A stretch of 64,000 bases of DNA from Squalus acanthias (GCA_030390025.1 JASTWF010000365.1:62001-126000); one strand, 5' to 3'. Positions 1 through 12,741 are shown, counted from the stretch's first letter. The notes: generated by a model not told the origin, from the letters alone. A program made the numbers and translations.

Positions 1-3000
1 CTGAACTCGGGAGCGTGAGCGCTGTGCGTACTCTGAACTCGGGAGTGAGAGCGCTGTGCGTTCTCTGAACTCGGGAGTGTGAGCGCTGTGCATTCTCTGA
101 ACTCGGGAGTGAGAGCGCTGTGCGTTCTCTGAACACGTGAGTGTGAGCGCTGTGCGTTCTCTGAACTCGGGAGTGTGCGCGCTGTGCGTTCTCTGAACTC
201 GGGATTGTGCGCGCTGTGCGTTCTCTGAACTCGGGAGTGTTGGCGATGTGCGTTCTCTGAACTCGAGAGTGTGAGCGCTGTGCGTTCTCTGAACTTGAGA
301 GTGTTGGTGCTGTGCGTTCTCTGAACTCGGGAGTCTGCGCGCTGTGCGTTCTCTGAACTCGGGAGTGTGAGCGCTGTGTGTTCTCTGAACTCGGGAGTGT
401 GAGCGCTGTGCGTTCTCTGAACTCGTGAGTGTGCGTGCTGTGTGTTCTCTGAACTCGGGACTGTTGGCGCTGTGCGTTCTCTGAACTCGGGAGTGTTGGC
501 GCTGTGCGTTCTCTGAACTCAGGAGTGTTGGCGCTGTGTGTTCTCTGAACTCGGGACTGTGAGCACTGTGCGTTCTCTGAACTCGGGAGTGTGAGCGCTG
601 TGCATTCTCTGAACTTGGGAGTGTTGGCGCTGTGCGTTCTCTGAATTCGGGAGTGTGGGCGCTGTGCGTTCTCTGAACTCGGGAGTGTTGGTGCTGTGCG
701 TTCTCTGAACTCAGGAGTGTGAGCGCTGTGCGTTCTCTGAACTCGGGAGTGTGAGCGCTGTGTGTTCTCTGAACTCGGGAGTGTGAGCGCTGTGCGTTCT
801 CTGAACTCGGGAGTGTGAGCGCTGTGCGTTCTCTGAACTCGGGAGTGTGAGCGCTGTGCATACTCTGAACTCGGGAGTGTGAGCGCTGTGCATTCTCTGA
901 ACTCGGGAGTGTGAGCGCTGTGTGTTCTCTGAACTCGGGAGTGTTGGCGCTGTGCGTTCTCTGAACTCGGGAGTGTGAGCGCTGTGCGTTCTCTGAACTC
1001 GGGAGTGTGAGCGCTGTGCGTTCTCTGAATTCGGGAGTGTGGGCGCTGTGCGTTCTCTGAACTTGGGAGTGTTGGCGCTGTGCGTTCTCTGAATTCGGGA
1101 GTGTGGGCGCTGTGCGTTCTCTGAACTCGGGAGTGTTGGTGCTGTGCGTTCTCTGAACTCAGGAGTGTGAGCGCTGTGCGTTCTCTGAACTCGGGAGTGT
1201 GAGCGCTGTGTGTTCTCTGAACTCGGGAGTGTGAGCGCTGTGCGTTCTCTGAACTCGGGAGTGTGAGCGCTGTGCGTTCTCTGAACTCGGGAGTGTGAGC
1301 GCTGTGCGTTCTCTGAACTCGGGAGTGTGAGCGCTGTGCATTCTCTGAACTCGGGAGTGTGAGCGCTGTGCATTCTCTGAACTCGGGAGTGTGAGCGCTG
1401 TGTGTTCTCTGAACTCGGGAGTGTTGGCGCTGTGTGTTCTCTGAACTCGGGAGTGTTGATGCTGTGCGTTCTCTGAACTCGGGAGTGTGAGCGCTGTGCG
1501 TTCTCTGAACTCGGGAGTGTTGGCGCTGTGTGTTCTCTGAACTCGGGAGTGTGATCGCTGTGCGTTCTCTGAACTCGGGAGTGTGAGCGCTGTGCGTTCT
1601 CTGAACTCGGGAGTGTGAGTGCTGTGTGTTCTCTGAACTCGGGAGTGTGAGCGCTGTGCGTTCTCTGAACTCGGCAGTGTGAGTGCTGTGTGTTCTCTGA
1701 ACTCGGGAGTGTGAGCGCTGTGCGTTCTCTGAACTCGGGAGTGTTGGCGCTCTGCGTTCTCTGAACTCGAGAGTGTGAGCGCTGTGCGTTCTCTGAACTC
1801 GGGAGTGTGAGCACTGTGCGTTCTCTGAACTCGGGAGTGTGATCGCTGTGCGTTCTCTGAACTCGGGAGTGTGAGCGCTGTGCGTTCTCTGAACTCGGGA
1901 GTGTTGGCGCTGTGCGTTCTCTGAACTCGGGAGTGTGAGCGCTGTGTGTTCTCTGAACTCGAGAGTGTGAGCGCTGTGCGTACTCTGATCTCGAGAGTGT
2001 GAGCGCTGTGTGTTCTCTGAACTCGAGAGTGTGAGCGCTGTGCGTACTCTGAACTCGTGAATGTGCGCGCTGTGCGTTCTCTGAACTCGGGAGTGTGAGC
2101 GCTGTGTGTTCTCTGAACTCGGGAGTGTGAGCGCTGTGTGTTCTCTGAACTCGAGAGTGTGAGCGCTGTGCGTACTCTGATCTCGAGAGTGTGCGTGCTG
2201 TGTGTTCTCTGAACTCGTGAATGTGAGCGCTGTGCGTTCTCTGATCTCGGGAGTGTGAGCGCTGTGTGTTCTCTGAACTCGAGAGTGTGAGCGCTGTGCG
2301 TACTCTGAACTCGTGAATGTGAGCGCTGTGCGTTCTCTGATCTCGGGAGTGTGAGCGCTGTGTGTTCTCTGAACTCGGGAGTGTGAGCGCTGTGTGTTCT
2401 CTGAACTCGAGAGTGTGAGCGCTGTGCGTACTCTGATCTCGAGAGTGTGCGTGCTGTGTGTTCTCTGAACTCGTGAATGTGAGCGCTGTGCGTTCTCTGA
2501 TCTCGGGAGTGTGAGCGCTGTGTGTTCTCTGAACTCGAGAGTGTGAGCGCTGTGCGTACTCTGAACTCGTGAATGTGCGCGCTGTGCGTTCTCTGAACTC
2601 GGGAGTGTGAGCGCTGTGCGTTCTCTGAACTCGGGAGTGTGAGCGCTGTGCGTACTCTGAACTCGTGAATGTGCGCGCTGTGCGTTCTCTGAACTCGGGA
2701 GTGTTGATGCTGTGCGTTCTCTGAACTCGGGAGTGTTGGCGCTGTGCGTTCTCTGAACTCGGGAGTGTTGATGCTGTGCGTTCTCTGAACTCGGGAGTGT
2801 GAGCGCTGTGCGTTCTCTGAACTCGGGAGTGTGAGCGCTGTGCGTTCTCTGAACTCGGGAGTGTAAGCGCTGTGCGTTCTCTGAACTCGGGAGTGTTGGC
2901 GCTGTGCGTTCTCTGAACTCGGGAGTGTGAGCGCTGTGTGTTCCCTGAACTTGGGAGTGTGAGCGCTGTGCGTTCTCTGAACTCGGGAGAGTGAGCGCTG

Positions 3001-4708
3001 TGCGATCTCTGAACTTGGGAGTGTGAGTGCTGTGCATTCTCTGAACTAGGGAGAGTGAGCGCTGTGCGTTCTCTGAACTCGGGAGTGTGAGCGCTGTGTG
3101 TTCTCTGAACTCGGGAGTGTGAGCGCTGTGCGTTCTCTGAACTCGGGAGTGTGAGCGCTGTGCGTTCTCTGAACTCAGGAGTGTTGGCGCTGTGCGTTCT
3201 CTGAACTTGGGAGTGTGAGTGCTGTGCGTTCTCTGAACTCGGGAGTGTGAGCGCTGTGTGTTCACTGAACTCGGGAGAGTGAGCGCTGTGCGTACTCTGA
3301 ACTCGAGAGTGTGAGTGCTGTGCGTTCTCTGAACTCGGGAGTGTGAGCGCTGCGCCTGGTCTGAACTCGGGAGTGTGAGCGCTGTGCGTTCTCTGAACTC
3401 GGGAGTGTGAGCGCTGCGCCTGGTCTGAACTCGGGAGTGTTGGCGCTCTGCGTTCTCTGAACTCGGGAGTGTGAGCGCTGTGCGTTCTCTGAACTCGGGA
3501 GTGTGAGCGCTGTGCGTTCTCTGAACTTGGGAGTGTGAGTGCTGTGCGTTCTCTGAACTCGGGAGTGTGAGCGCTGTGTGTTCACTGAACTCGGGAGTGT
3601 GAGCGCTGTGCGTTCTCTGAACTTGGGAGTGTGAGTGCTGTGCGTAATCTGAACTCGAGAGTGTGAGTGCTGTGCATTCTCTGAACTCGGGAGTGTGAGC
3701 GCTGTGCGTTCTCTGATCTCTGGAGTGTTGATGCTGTGCGTTCTCTGAACTCGGGAGTGTTGGTGCTGTGCGTTCTCTGAACTCGGGAGTGTGAGCGCTG
3801 TGTGTTCACTGAACTCGGGAGAGTGAGCGCTGTGCGTTCTCTGAACTCTGGAGTGAGAGCGCTGTGCGTTCTCTGAACTCGGGAGTGTGAGCGCTGCGCC
3901 TGGTCTGAACTCGGGAGAGTGAGCGCTGTGCGTTCTCTGAACTCGGGAGTGTGAGCGCTGTGCGTTCTCTGATCTCTGGAGTGTGAGCGCTGTGCGTTCT
4001 CTGAACTCGGGAGTGTGAGCGCTGTGTGTTCTCTGAACTCGGGAGTGTTGATGCTGTGCGTTCTCTGAACTCGGGAGTGTTGGTGCTGTGCGTTCTCTGA
4101 ACTCGGGAGTGTGAGCGCTGTGTGTTCTCTGAACTCGGGAGTGTGAGCGCTGTGCATTCTCTGATCTCTGGAGTGTGAGCGCTGTGCGTTCTCTGAACTC
4201 GGGAGTGTGAGCGCTGTGTGTTCTCTGAACTCGGGAGTGTTGGCGCTGTGCGTTCTCTGAACTCGGGAGTGTGAGCGCTGTGCGTTCTCTGAACTCGGGA
4301 GTGTGAGCGCTGTGCGTTCTCTGAACTCGGGAGTGTGAGCGCTGTGCGTACTCTGAACTCGTGAATGTGCGCGCTGTGCGTTCTCTGAACTCGGGAGTGT
4401 GAGCGCTGTGCGTTCTCTGAACTCGGGACTGTGAGCGCTGTGTGTTCTATGAACTCGGGACTGTGAGCACTGTGCGTTCTCTGAACTCGGGACTGTGAGC
4501 ACTGTGCGTTCTCTGAACTCGGGAGTGTGAGCGCTGTGCATTCTCTGAACTCGGGACTGTGAGCACTGTGCGTTCTCTGAACTCAGGAGTGTGAGCACTG
4601 TGCGTTCTCTGAACTCAGGAGTGTGAGCGCTGTGCGTACTCTGAACTCGGGAGAGTGAGCGCTGTGCGTTCTCTGAACTCAGGAGTGTGAGCACTGTGCG
4701 TTCTCTGA
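1..4708. repeat. 32-bp minisatellite A array (CTGAACTCGGGAGTGTGAGCGCTGTGCGTTCT), runs off the left edge
   Basis: Direct tandem repetition of a 32-bp unit with point variants. Confidence 0.97.
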
Positions 4709-5222
4709 AGATTGCGAAGAGCGTTTTGCCTTTTCCCCGCGACATAATCCTCGGTGATCAGGTCAGTTCTCACTGTGTGCTCTCAGACACGTCCCTGTCG
4801 ACACAAACACTGCACAAAGTTACCAAGAAAACAATGAATCATCGCACTTCCGCTGTGCATTCTGTACTTCTCCATTTCGTGCTGTGACAGGGCTGATTAA
4901 CCCTTTGAAGCAAGGTTCCTCCTCCCTCTTGCAGCCAACATCCGTCACGCCTGCCCCACACATGGCTCGTCCATCATGGCTAAAGGCTCCTTCGCCGAGC
5001 CGAGCCCAGCCCCCTATCCCCCCAACCCACCCGACAGGCATGCAATATCCTGGGAGAGGCAATAAAACAGGCAACAAAAAAAACACCGCCAATAAGGAAA
5101 AGAAATTACTCTCGACCGTTCCGCGTCAACTCCCTCAGGGGATGGAACCAGCCCAGGAGAACACAGGGACCATTCACTACCGAGAAAGGCACTTAGCTTC
5201 TGTACGATGCAAACACTGAATT
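4709..5222. repeat. Unique island U, copy 1 (~510 bp, four copies in the window)
   Basis: Near-identical to 7699-8213, 32371-32884 and 35045-35559; always between an A array (left) and a B array (right). Confidence 0.95.
4771..4809 (+). other. RSS-like motif: CACTGTG + 23 bp + ACACAAACA (also 7761-7799, 32433-32471, 35107-35145)
   Basis: Heptamer starts with CAC, spacer is exactly 23 nt, and the nonamer is 7/9 identical to ACAAAAACC. No convincing V or D segment is adjacent. Confidence 0.35.
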
Positions 5223-7262
5223 GTGCTGTGCATTCTCTGAAATCATTCTTGTGAGCGCTGTGTGTTCTCTGAAATCAGCAGTGTGAGCGCTGTGTGTTCT
5301 CTGAACTTGGGAGTGTGAGCGCTGTGTGTTCTGTGAAATCAGTAGTGTGAGCGCTGTGTGATCTCTGAAATCAGTAGTGTGAGCGCTGTGTGTTCTCTGA
5401 AATCAGTAGTGTGAGCGCTGTGTGTTCTCTGAAATCAGTAGTGTGAGCGCTGTGTGTTCGGTGAAATCAGTAGTGTGAGCGCTGTGTGTTTGGTGAAATC
5501 AGTAGTGTGAGCGCTGTGTGTTCGGTGAAATCAGTAGTGTGAGCGCTGTCTGTTCGGTGAAATCAGTAGTGTGAGTGCTGTGTGTTCACTGAAATCAGTA
5601 GTGTGAGCTCTGTGTGTTCACTGAAATCAGTAGTGTGAGCGCTGTGTGTTCTGTGAAATCAGTAGTGTGAGCGCTGTGTGTTCTCTGAAATCAGTAGTGT
5701 GAGCGCTGTGTGATCTCTGAAATCAGTAGTGTGAGCGCTGTGTGTTCACTGAAATCAGTAGTGTGAGCGCTGTGTGTTCTGTGAAATCAGTAGTGTGAGC
5801 GCTGTGTGTTCTGTGAAATCAGTAGTGTGAGCGCTGTGTGTTCTGTGAAATCAGTAGTGTGAGCGCTGTGTGATCTCTGAAATCAGTAGTGTGAGCGCTG
5901 TGTGTTCTCTGAAATCAGTAGTGTGAGCGCTGTGTGTTCACTGAAATCAGTAGTGTGAGCGCTGTGTGTTCACTGAAATCAGTAGTGTGAGCACGGTGTG
6001 TTCTGTGAAATCAGTAGTGTGAGCGCTGTGTGTTCTGTGAAATCAGTAGTGTGAGCACTGTGTGATCTCTGAAATCAGTATTGTGAGCACTGTGTGTTCA
6101 CTGAAATCAGTAGTGTGAGCGCTGTGTGATCTGTGAAATCAGTAGTGTGAGCACGGTGAGTTCTGTGAAATAGTAGTGTGAGCGCTGTGTGTTCACTGAA
6201 ATCAGTAGTGTGAGCGCTGTGTGTTCACTGAAATCAGTAGTGTGAGCGCTGTGTGATCTCTGAAATCAGTAGTGTGAGCGCTGTGTGTTCACTGAAATCA
6301 GTAGTGTGAGCGCTGTGTGTTCTGTGAAATCAGTAGTGTGAGCACTGTGTGTTCACTGAAATCAGTAGTGTGAGCGCTGTGTGTTCTGTGAAATCAGTAG
6401 TGTGAGCACTGTGTGATCTCTGAAATCAGTAGTGTGAGCACTGTGTGATCGCTGAAATCAGTAGTGTGAGCGCTGTGTTCTGTGAAATCAGTAGTGTAAG
6501 CACTGTGTGTTCTGTGAAATCAGTAGTGTGAGCGCTGTGTGATCTCTGAAATCAGTAGTGTGAGCGCTGTGTGTTCGGTGAAATCAGTAGTGTGAGCGCT
6601 GTGTGTTCACTGAAATCAGTAGTGTGAGCACGGTGTGTTCTGTGAAATCAGTAGTGTGAGCACTGTGTGATCTCTGAAATCAGTATTGTGAGCACTGTGT
6701 GTTCACTGAAATCAGTAGTGTGAGCGCTGTGTGATCTGTGAAATCAGTAGTGTGAGCACGGTGAGTTCTGTGAAATAGTAGTGTGAGCGCTGTGTGTTCA
6801 CTGAAATCAGTAGTGTGAGCGCTGTGTGTTCACTGAAATCAGTAGTGTGAGCGCTGTGTGATCTCTGAAATCAGTAGTGTGAGCGCTGTGTGTTCACTGA
6901 AATCAGTAGTGTGAGCGCTGTGTGTTCTGTGAAATCAGTAGTGTGAGCACTGTGTGTTCACTGAAATCAGTAGTGTGAGCGCTGTGTGTTCTGTGAAATC
7001 AGTAGTGTGAGCACTGTGTGATCTCTGAAATCAGTAGTGTGAGCACTGTGTGATCGCTGAAATCAGTAGTGTGAGCGCTGTGTTCTGTGAAATCAGTAGT
7101 GTAAGCACTGTGTGTTCTGTGAAATCAGTAGTGTGAGCGCTGTGTGATCTCTGAAATCAGTAGTGTGAGCGCTGTGTGTTCGGTGAAATCAGTAGTGTGA
7201 GCGCTGTGTGTTCACTGAAATCAGTAGTGTGAGCGCTGAGTGTTCACTGAAATCAGTAGTGT
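5223..7262. repeat. 32-bp minisatellite B array (TGAAATCAGTAGTGTGAGCGCTGTGTGTTCTC)
   Basis: Tandem 32-bp unit; shares GTGTGAGCGCTGTG.GTTC..TGAA with unit A. Confidence 0.97.
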
Positions 7263-7698
7263 GAGCGCTGTGCGTTCTCTGAACTCGGGAGTGTGAGCGC
7301 TGTGCGTTCTCTGAACTCGGGAGTGTTGGCGCTGTGCGTTCTCTGAACTTGGGAGTGTGAGCGCTGTGCGTTCTCTGAACTCGGGAGTGTTGGCGCTGTG
7401 TGTTCTCTGAACTCGGGACTGTGAGCAATGTGCGTTCTCTGAACTCGGGAGTGTGAGCGCTGTGCATTCTCTGAACTCGGGACTGTGAGCACTGTGCGTT
7501 CTCTGAACTCGGGAGTGTGAGCGCTGTGCATTCTCTGAACTCGGGACTGTGAGCACTGTGCGTTCTCTGAACTCAGGAGTGTGAGCACTGTGCGTTCTCT
7601 GAACTCAGGAGTGTGAGCGCTGTGCGTACTCTGAACTCGGGAGAGTGAGCGCTGTGCGTTCTCTGAACTCAGGAGTGTGAGCACTGTGCGTTCTCTGA
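7263..7698. repeat. Short minisatellite A array
   Basis: About 14 A units whose variant order matches the end of the first A array. Confidence 0.95.
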
Positions 7699-8213
7699 AG
7701 ATTGCGAAGAGCGATTTGCCTTTTCCCCGCGACATAATCCTCGGTGATCAGGTCAGTTCTCACTGTGTGCTCTCAGACACGTCCCTGTCAACACAAACAC
7801 TGCACAAAGTTACCAAGAAAACAATGAATCATCGCACTTCCGCTGTGCATTCTGTACTTCTCCATTTCGTGCTGTGACAGGGCTGATTAACCCTTTGAAG
7901 CAAGGTTCCTCCTCCCTCTTGCAGCCAACATCCGTCACGCCTGCCCCACACATGGCTCGTCCATCATGGCTAAAGGCTCCTTCGCCGAGCCGAGCCCAGC
8001 CCCCTATCCCCCCAACCCACCCGACAGGCATGCAATATCCTGGGAGAGGCAATAAAACAGGCAACAAAAAAAACACCGCCAGTAAGGAAAAGAAATTACT
8101 CTCGACTGTTCCGCGTCGACTCCCTCAGGGGATTGGAACCAGCCCAGGAGAACACAGGGACCATTCACTACCGAGAAAGACACTTAGCTTCTGTACGATG
8201 CAAACACTGAATT
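7699..8213. repeat. Unique island U, copy 2 (variant U')
   Basis: Differs from copy 1 at diagnostic sites (gcgatttg vs gcgttttg, gccagtaag vs gccaataag, 1-bp insertion); the same variants occur in copy 4. Confidence 0.95.
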
Positions 8214-11145
8214 GTGCTGTGCATTCTCTGAAATCATTCGTGTGAGCGCTGTGTGTTCTCTGAAATCAGTAGTGTGAGCGCTGTGTGTTCGGTGAAATCA
8301 GTAGTGTGAGCGCTGTGTGTTCTCTGAAATCAGTAGTGTGAGCGCTGTGTGTTCTCTGAACTTGGGAGTGTGAGCGCTGTGTGTTCACTGAAATCAGTAG
8401 TGTGAGCGCTGTGTGATCTCTGAAATCAGTAGTGTGAGCGCTGTGTGATCTCTGAAATCAGTAGTGTGAGCGCTGTGTGTTCTCTGAAATCAGTAGTGTG
8501 AGCGCTGTGTGTTCTCTGAAATCAGTAGTGTGAGCGCTGTGTGTTCGGTGAAATCAGTAGTGTGAGCGCTGTGTGTTCGGTGAAATCAGTAGTGTGAGTG
8601 CTGTGTGTTCACTGAAATCAGTAGTGTGAGCACTGTGTGTTCACTGAAATCAGTAGTGTGAGCGCTGTGTGTTCTGTGAAATCAGTAGTGTGAGCGCTGT
8701 GTGTTCTCTGAAATCAGTAGTGTGAGCGCTGTGTGATCTCTGAAATCAGTAGTGTGAGTGCTGTGTGTTCACTGAAATCAGTAGTGTGAGCGCTGTGTGT
8801 TCTGTGAAATCAGTAGTGTGAGCGCTGTGTGTTCTCTGAAATCAGTAGTGTGAGCGCTGTGTGATCTCTGAAATCAGTAGTGTGAGCACGGTGTGTTCTG
8901 TGAATTCAGTAGTGTGAGCGCTGTGTGATCTCTGAAATCAGTAGTGTGAGCGCTGTGTGTTCTCTGAAATCAGTAGTGTGAGTGCTGTGTGTTCTGTGAA
9001 ATCAGTAGTGTGAGCGCTGTGTGTTCACTGAAATCAGTAGTGTGAGCGCTGTGTGTTCACTGAAATCAGTAGTGTGAGCACGGTGTGTTCTGTGAAATCA
9101 GTAGTGTGAGCGCTGTGTGTTCTGTGAAATCAGTAGTGTGAGCACTGTGTGATCTCTGAAATCAGTAGTGTGAGCGCTGTGTGTAATCTCTGAAATCAGT
9201 AGTGTGAGCGCTGTGTGATCTGTGAAATCAGTAGTGTGAGCACGGTGTGTTCTGTGAAATCAGTAGTGTGAGCGCTGTGTGTTCACTGAAATCAGTAGTG
9301 TGAGCGCTGTGTGTTCACTGAAATCAGTAGTGTGAGTGCTGTGTGTTCTGTGAAATCAGTAGTGTGAGCGCTGTGTGTTCACTGAAATCAGTAGTGTGAG
9401 TGCTGTGTGTTCTCTGAAATCAGTAGTGTGAGCGCTGTGTGTTCTCTGAAATCAGTAGTGTGAGCGCTGTGTGATCTCTGAAATCAGTAGTGTGAGCGCT
9501 GTGTGTTCACTGAAATCAGTAGTGTGAGCGCTGTGTGATCTGTGAAATCAGTAGTGTGAGCACGGTGTGTTCTGTGAAATCAGTAGTGTGAGCGCTGTGT
9601 GTTCACTGAAATCAGTAGTGTGAGCGCTGTGTGTTCACTGAAATCAGTAGTGTGAGCGCTGTGTGATCTCTGAAATCAGTAGTGTGAGCGCTGTGTGTTC
9701 ACTGAAATCAGTAGTGTGAGTGCTGTGTGTTCTCTGAAATCAGTAGTGTGAGCACTGTGTGTTCACTGAAATCAGTAGTGTGAGCGCTGTGTGTTCACTG
9801 AAATCAGTAGTGTGAGCGCTGTGTGTTCACTGAAATCAGTAGTGTGAGCGCTGTGTGTTCTGTGAAATCAGTAGTGTGAGCACTGTGTGTTCACTGAAAT
9901 CAGTAGTGTGAGCGCTGTGTGTTCTGTGAAATCAGTAGTGTGAGCACTGTGTGATCTCTGAAATCAGTAGTGTGAGCACTGTGTGATCTCTGAAATCAGT
10001 AGTGTGAGCGCTGTGTGTTCTGTGAAATCAGTAGTGTAAGCACTGTGTGTTCTGTGAAATCAGTAGTGTGAGCGCTGTGTGATCTCTGAAATCAGTAGTG
10101 TGAGCGCTGTGTGTTCGGTGAAATCAGTAGTGTGAGCGCTGTGTGTTCACTGAAATCAGTAGTGTGAGCGCTGTGTGTTCTGTGAAATCAGTAGTGTGAG
10201 CGCTGTGTGTTCTGTGAAATCAGTAGTGTGAGTGCTGTGTGTTCTGTGAAATCAGTAGTGTGAGTGCTGTGTGTTCACTGAAATCAGTAGTGTGAGTGCT
10301 GTGTGTTTGGTGAAATCAGTAGTGTGAGTGCTGTGTGTTCGGTGAAATCAGTAGTGTGAGCGCTGTGTGTTCTGTGAAATCAGTAGTGTGAGCGCTGTGT
10401 GTTCTGTGAAATCAGTAGTGTGAGTGCTGTGTGTTTGGTGAAATCAGTAGTGTGAGTGCTGTGTGTTCTGTGAAATCAGTAGTGTGAGCGCTGTGTGTTT
10501 GGTGAAATCAGTAGTGTGAGCGCTGTGTGTTCACTGAAATCAGTAGTGTGAGCGCTGTGTGTTCTCTGAAATCAGTAGCGTGAGCGCTGTGTGTTCGGTG
10601 AAATCAGTAGTGTGAGCGCTGTGTGTTCTGTGAAATCAGTAGTTTGAGCGCTGTGTGTTCTGTGAAATCAGTAGTGTGAGTGCTGTGTGTTCACTGAAAT
10701 CAGTAGTGTGAGCGCTCTGTGTTCACTGAAATCAGTAGTGTGAGCGCTGTGTGTTCTGTGAAATCAGTAGTTTGAGCGCTGTGTGTTCTGTGAAATCAGT
10801 AGTGTGAGCGCTGTGTGTTCTCTGAAATCAGTAGTGTGAGCGCTGTGTGTTCTCTGAACTTGGGAGTGTGAGCGCTGTGTGTTCTCTGAAATCAGTAGTG
10901 TGAGCGCTGTGTGTTCTGTGAAATCAGTAGTGTGAGCGCTGTGTGTTCTGTGAAATCAGTAGTTTGAGCGCTGTGTGTTCACTGATATCAGTAGTGTGAG
11001 CGCTGTGTGTTCTGTGAAATCAGTAGTGTGAGCGCTGTGTGTTCACTGAAATCAGTAGTGTGAGCGCTGTGTGTTCTGTGAAATCAGTAGTGTGAGCGCT
11101 GTGTGTTCACTGAACTCGGGAGTGTTCATGCTGTGTGTTCTCTGA
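8214..11145. repeat. Minisatellite B array
   Basis: Tandem 32-bp B units. Confidence 0.97.
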
Positions 11146-11209
11146 CCTTGGTAATGGGTTTAATATCTCTCCTGCACTGGGAAAGAGGGACACTGTTTAA
11201 CGTTCCACC

Positions 11210-11992
11210 TTGAACAGGGAGACAGGGCCTCAGTTTAACATCCCAGTGAACAGGGAGACGGGGCCTCGGTTTAACATCCCTCTGAACAGGGAGACGGGGC
11301 CTCGGTTTAACATCCCCCCTGAACAGGGAGACGGGGCCTCGGTTTAACATCCCCCCTGAACAGGGAGACAGAGCCTTGGTTTAACATCCGCTGAACAGGG
11401 AGACGGGGCCTCGGTTTAACATCCCCTGAAGAGGGAGATGGGGCCTTGGTTTAACAGCCCTCTGAACAGGGAGACGGGGCCACGGTTTAACTTCCACCCT
11501 GAACAGGGAGACGGGGCCTCGGTTTAACATTCCCTGAACAGGGAGACGGGGCCTCGGTTTAACATCCCCTGAAGAGGGAGATGGGGCCTTGGTTTAACAG
11601 CCCTCTAAACAGGGAGACGGGGCCACGGTTTAACATCCCCCCTGAACAGGGAGACGGGGCCACGGTTTAACATCCCCCCTGAGCAGGGAGACGGGGCCTC
11701 GGTTTAACATCCCCCCTGAACAGGGAGACAGGGCCTCGGTTTAACATCCCCCTGAACAGGGAGACGGGGCCTCGGTTTAACATCCCCCCTGAACAGGGAG
11801 ACGGGGCCTCGGTTTAACATCCCCCCTGAACAGGGAGACGGGGCCTCGGTTTAACATCCGCCCTGAACAGGGAGACGGGTCCTCGGTTTAACATCCCCCC
11901 TGAACAGGGAGACGGGGCCTCGGTTTAACATCCCCCCTGAACAGGGAGACGGGGCCTCGGTTTAACATCCCCCCTGAACAGGGAGACGGGGC
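11210..11992. repeat. ~38-39-bp minisatellite C (CTGAACAGGGAGACGGGGCCTCGGTTTAACATCCCCC), probably Deu-SINE-derived
   Basis: Tandem unit; its reverse complement GTTAAACCGAGGCCCCGTCT resembles the Deu domain of DeuSINEs (recalled, not aligned). Confidence 0.9.
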
Positions 11993-12087
11993 AACTTCAT
12001 CGCTTCTCATTAACCCCAAAACCTCCTCCCACTCTCCTAAACCACTTCACTTCCACTCTCCTGAAAGCCTTCTCATGTGTCTCTAAC

Positions 12088-12342
12088 TTTCTGTATCTGT
12101 ATCTCTCTCTCTATTCTGCATCTCTCTCTCTCTCTATCTCTCTTTCTATTCTGTATCTCTCTTCCTATCTCTCTCTCTATTCTGTATCTCTCTCTGTCTA
12201 TCTCTCTCTATTCTGTATCTCTCTCTATCTCTCTTTCTATTCTGTATCTCTCTCTCTCTCTATCTCTCTTTCTATTCTGTATCTCTCTCTATTCTTTATC
12301 TCTCTCTCTCTCTATTCTGTTTCTGTCTCTCTCTCTCTCTGT
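12088..12342. repeat. TC-rich compound microsatellite
   Basis: (TC)n interrupted by TATTCTGTA. Confidence 0.95.
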
Positions 12343-12741
12343 ACATTGCAAAATCCAAAACGAGATTTAAATTCAACAACTTATTGGCAAACCGGCTGGA
12401 AATAATCAACAAGGGTGGATTCATTCTTCACAGAGGAGGAACAAGAACAACACTTGACCAGAAATGTGGATTTCGAAAGAGCCAACATTCTTCCCGTTCG
12501 TCTCGAAAGAGGATGAACCACAAATCTCAAACAGAATATAGGTAGTTCCCCCGCAGATCCAAATCCAGACTCTCCTATTTCCTTGTTTCCTTATCAAGGT
12601 GGCTTTGGTCAATCATCAATACTTTCCATTCCATTTTGATGACAATTAATTAGTGCTTAATTGGTATTCTACGGCGAGTGTCTCACCTCCTGACTCCCCA
12701 AAGCCTTTCCACCATCTACAAGGTACAAGTCAGGAGTGTGA

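Noticed and set aside
4890..4978. Minus-strand ATG ATG GAC GAG CCA (MMDEP) with a loose resemblance to a cyclin-J-like N-terminus
   Set aside because: Stops after 10 codons and needs a frameshift and gaps; based on memory only and likely chance.
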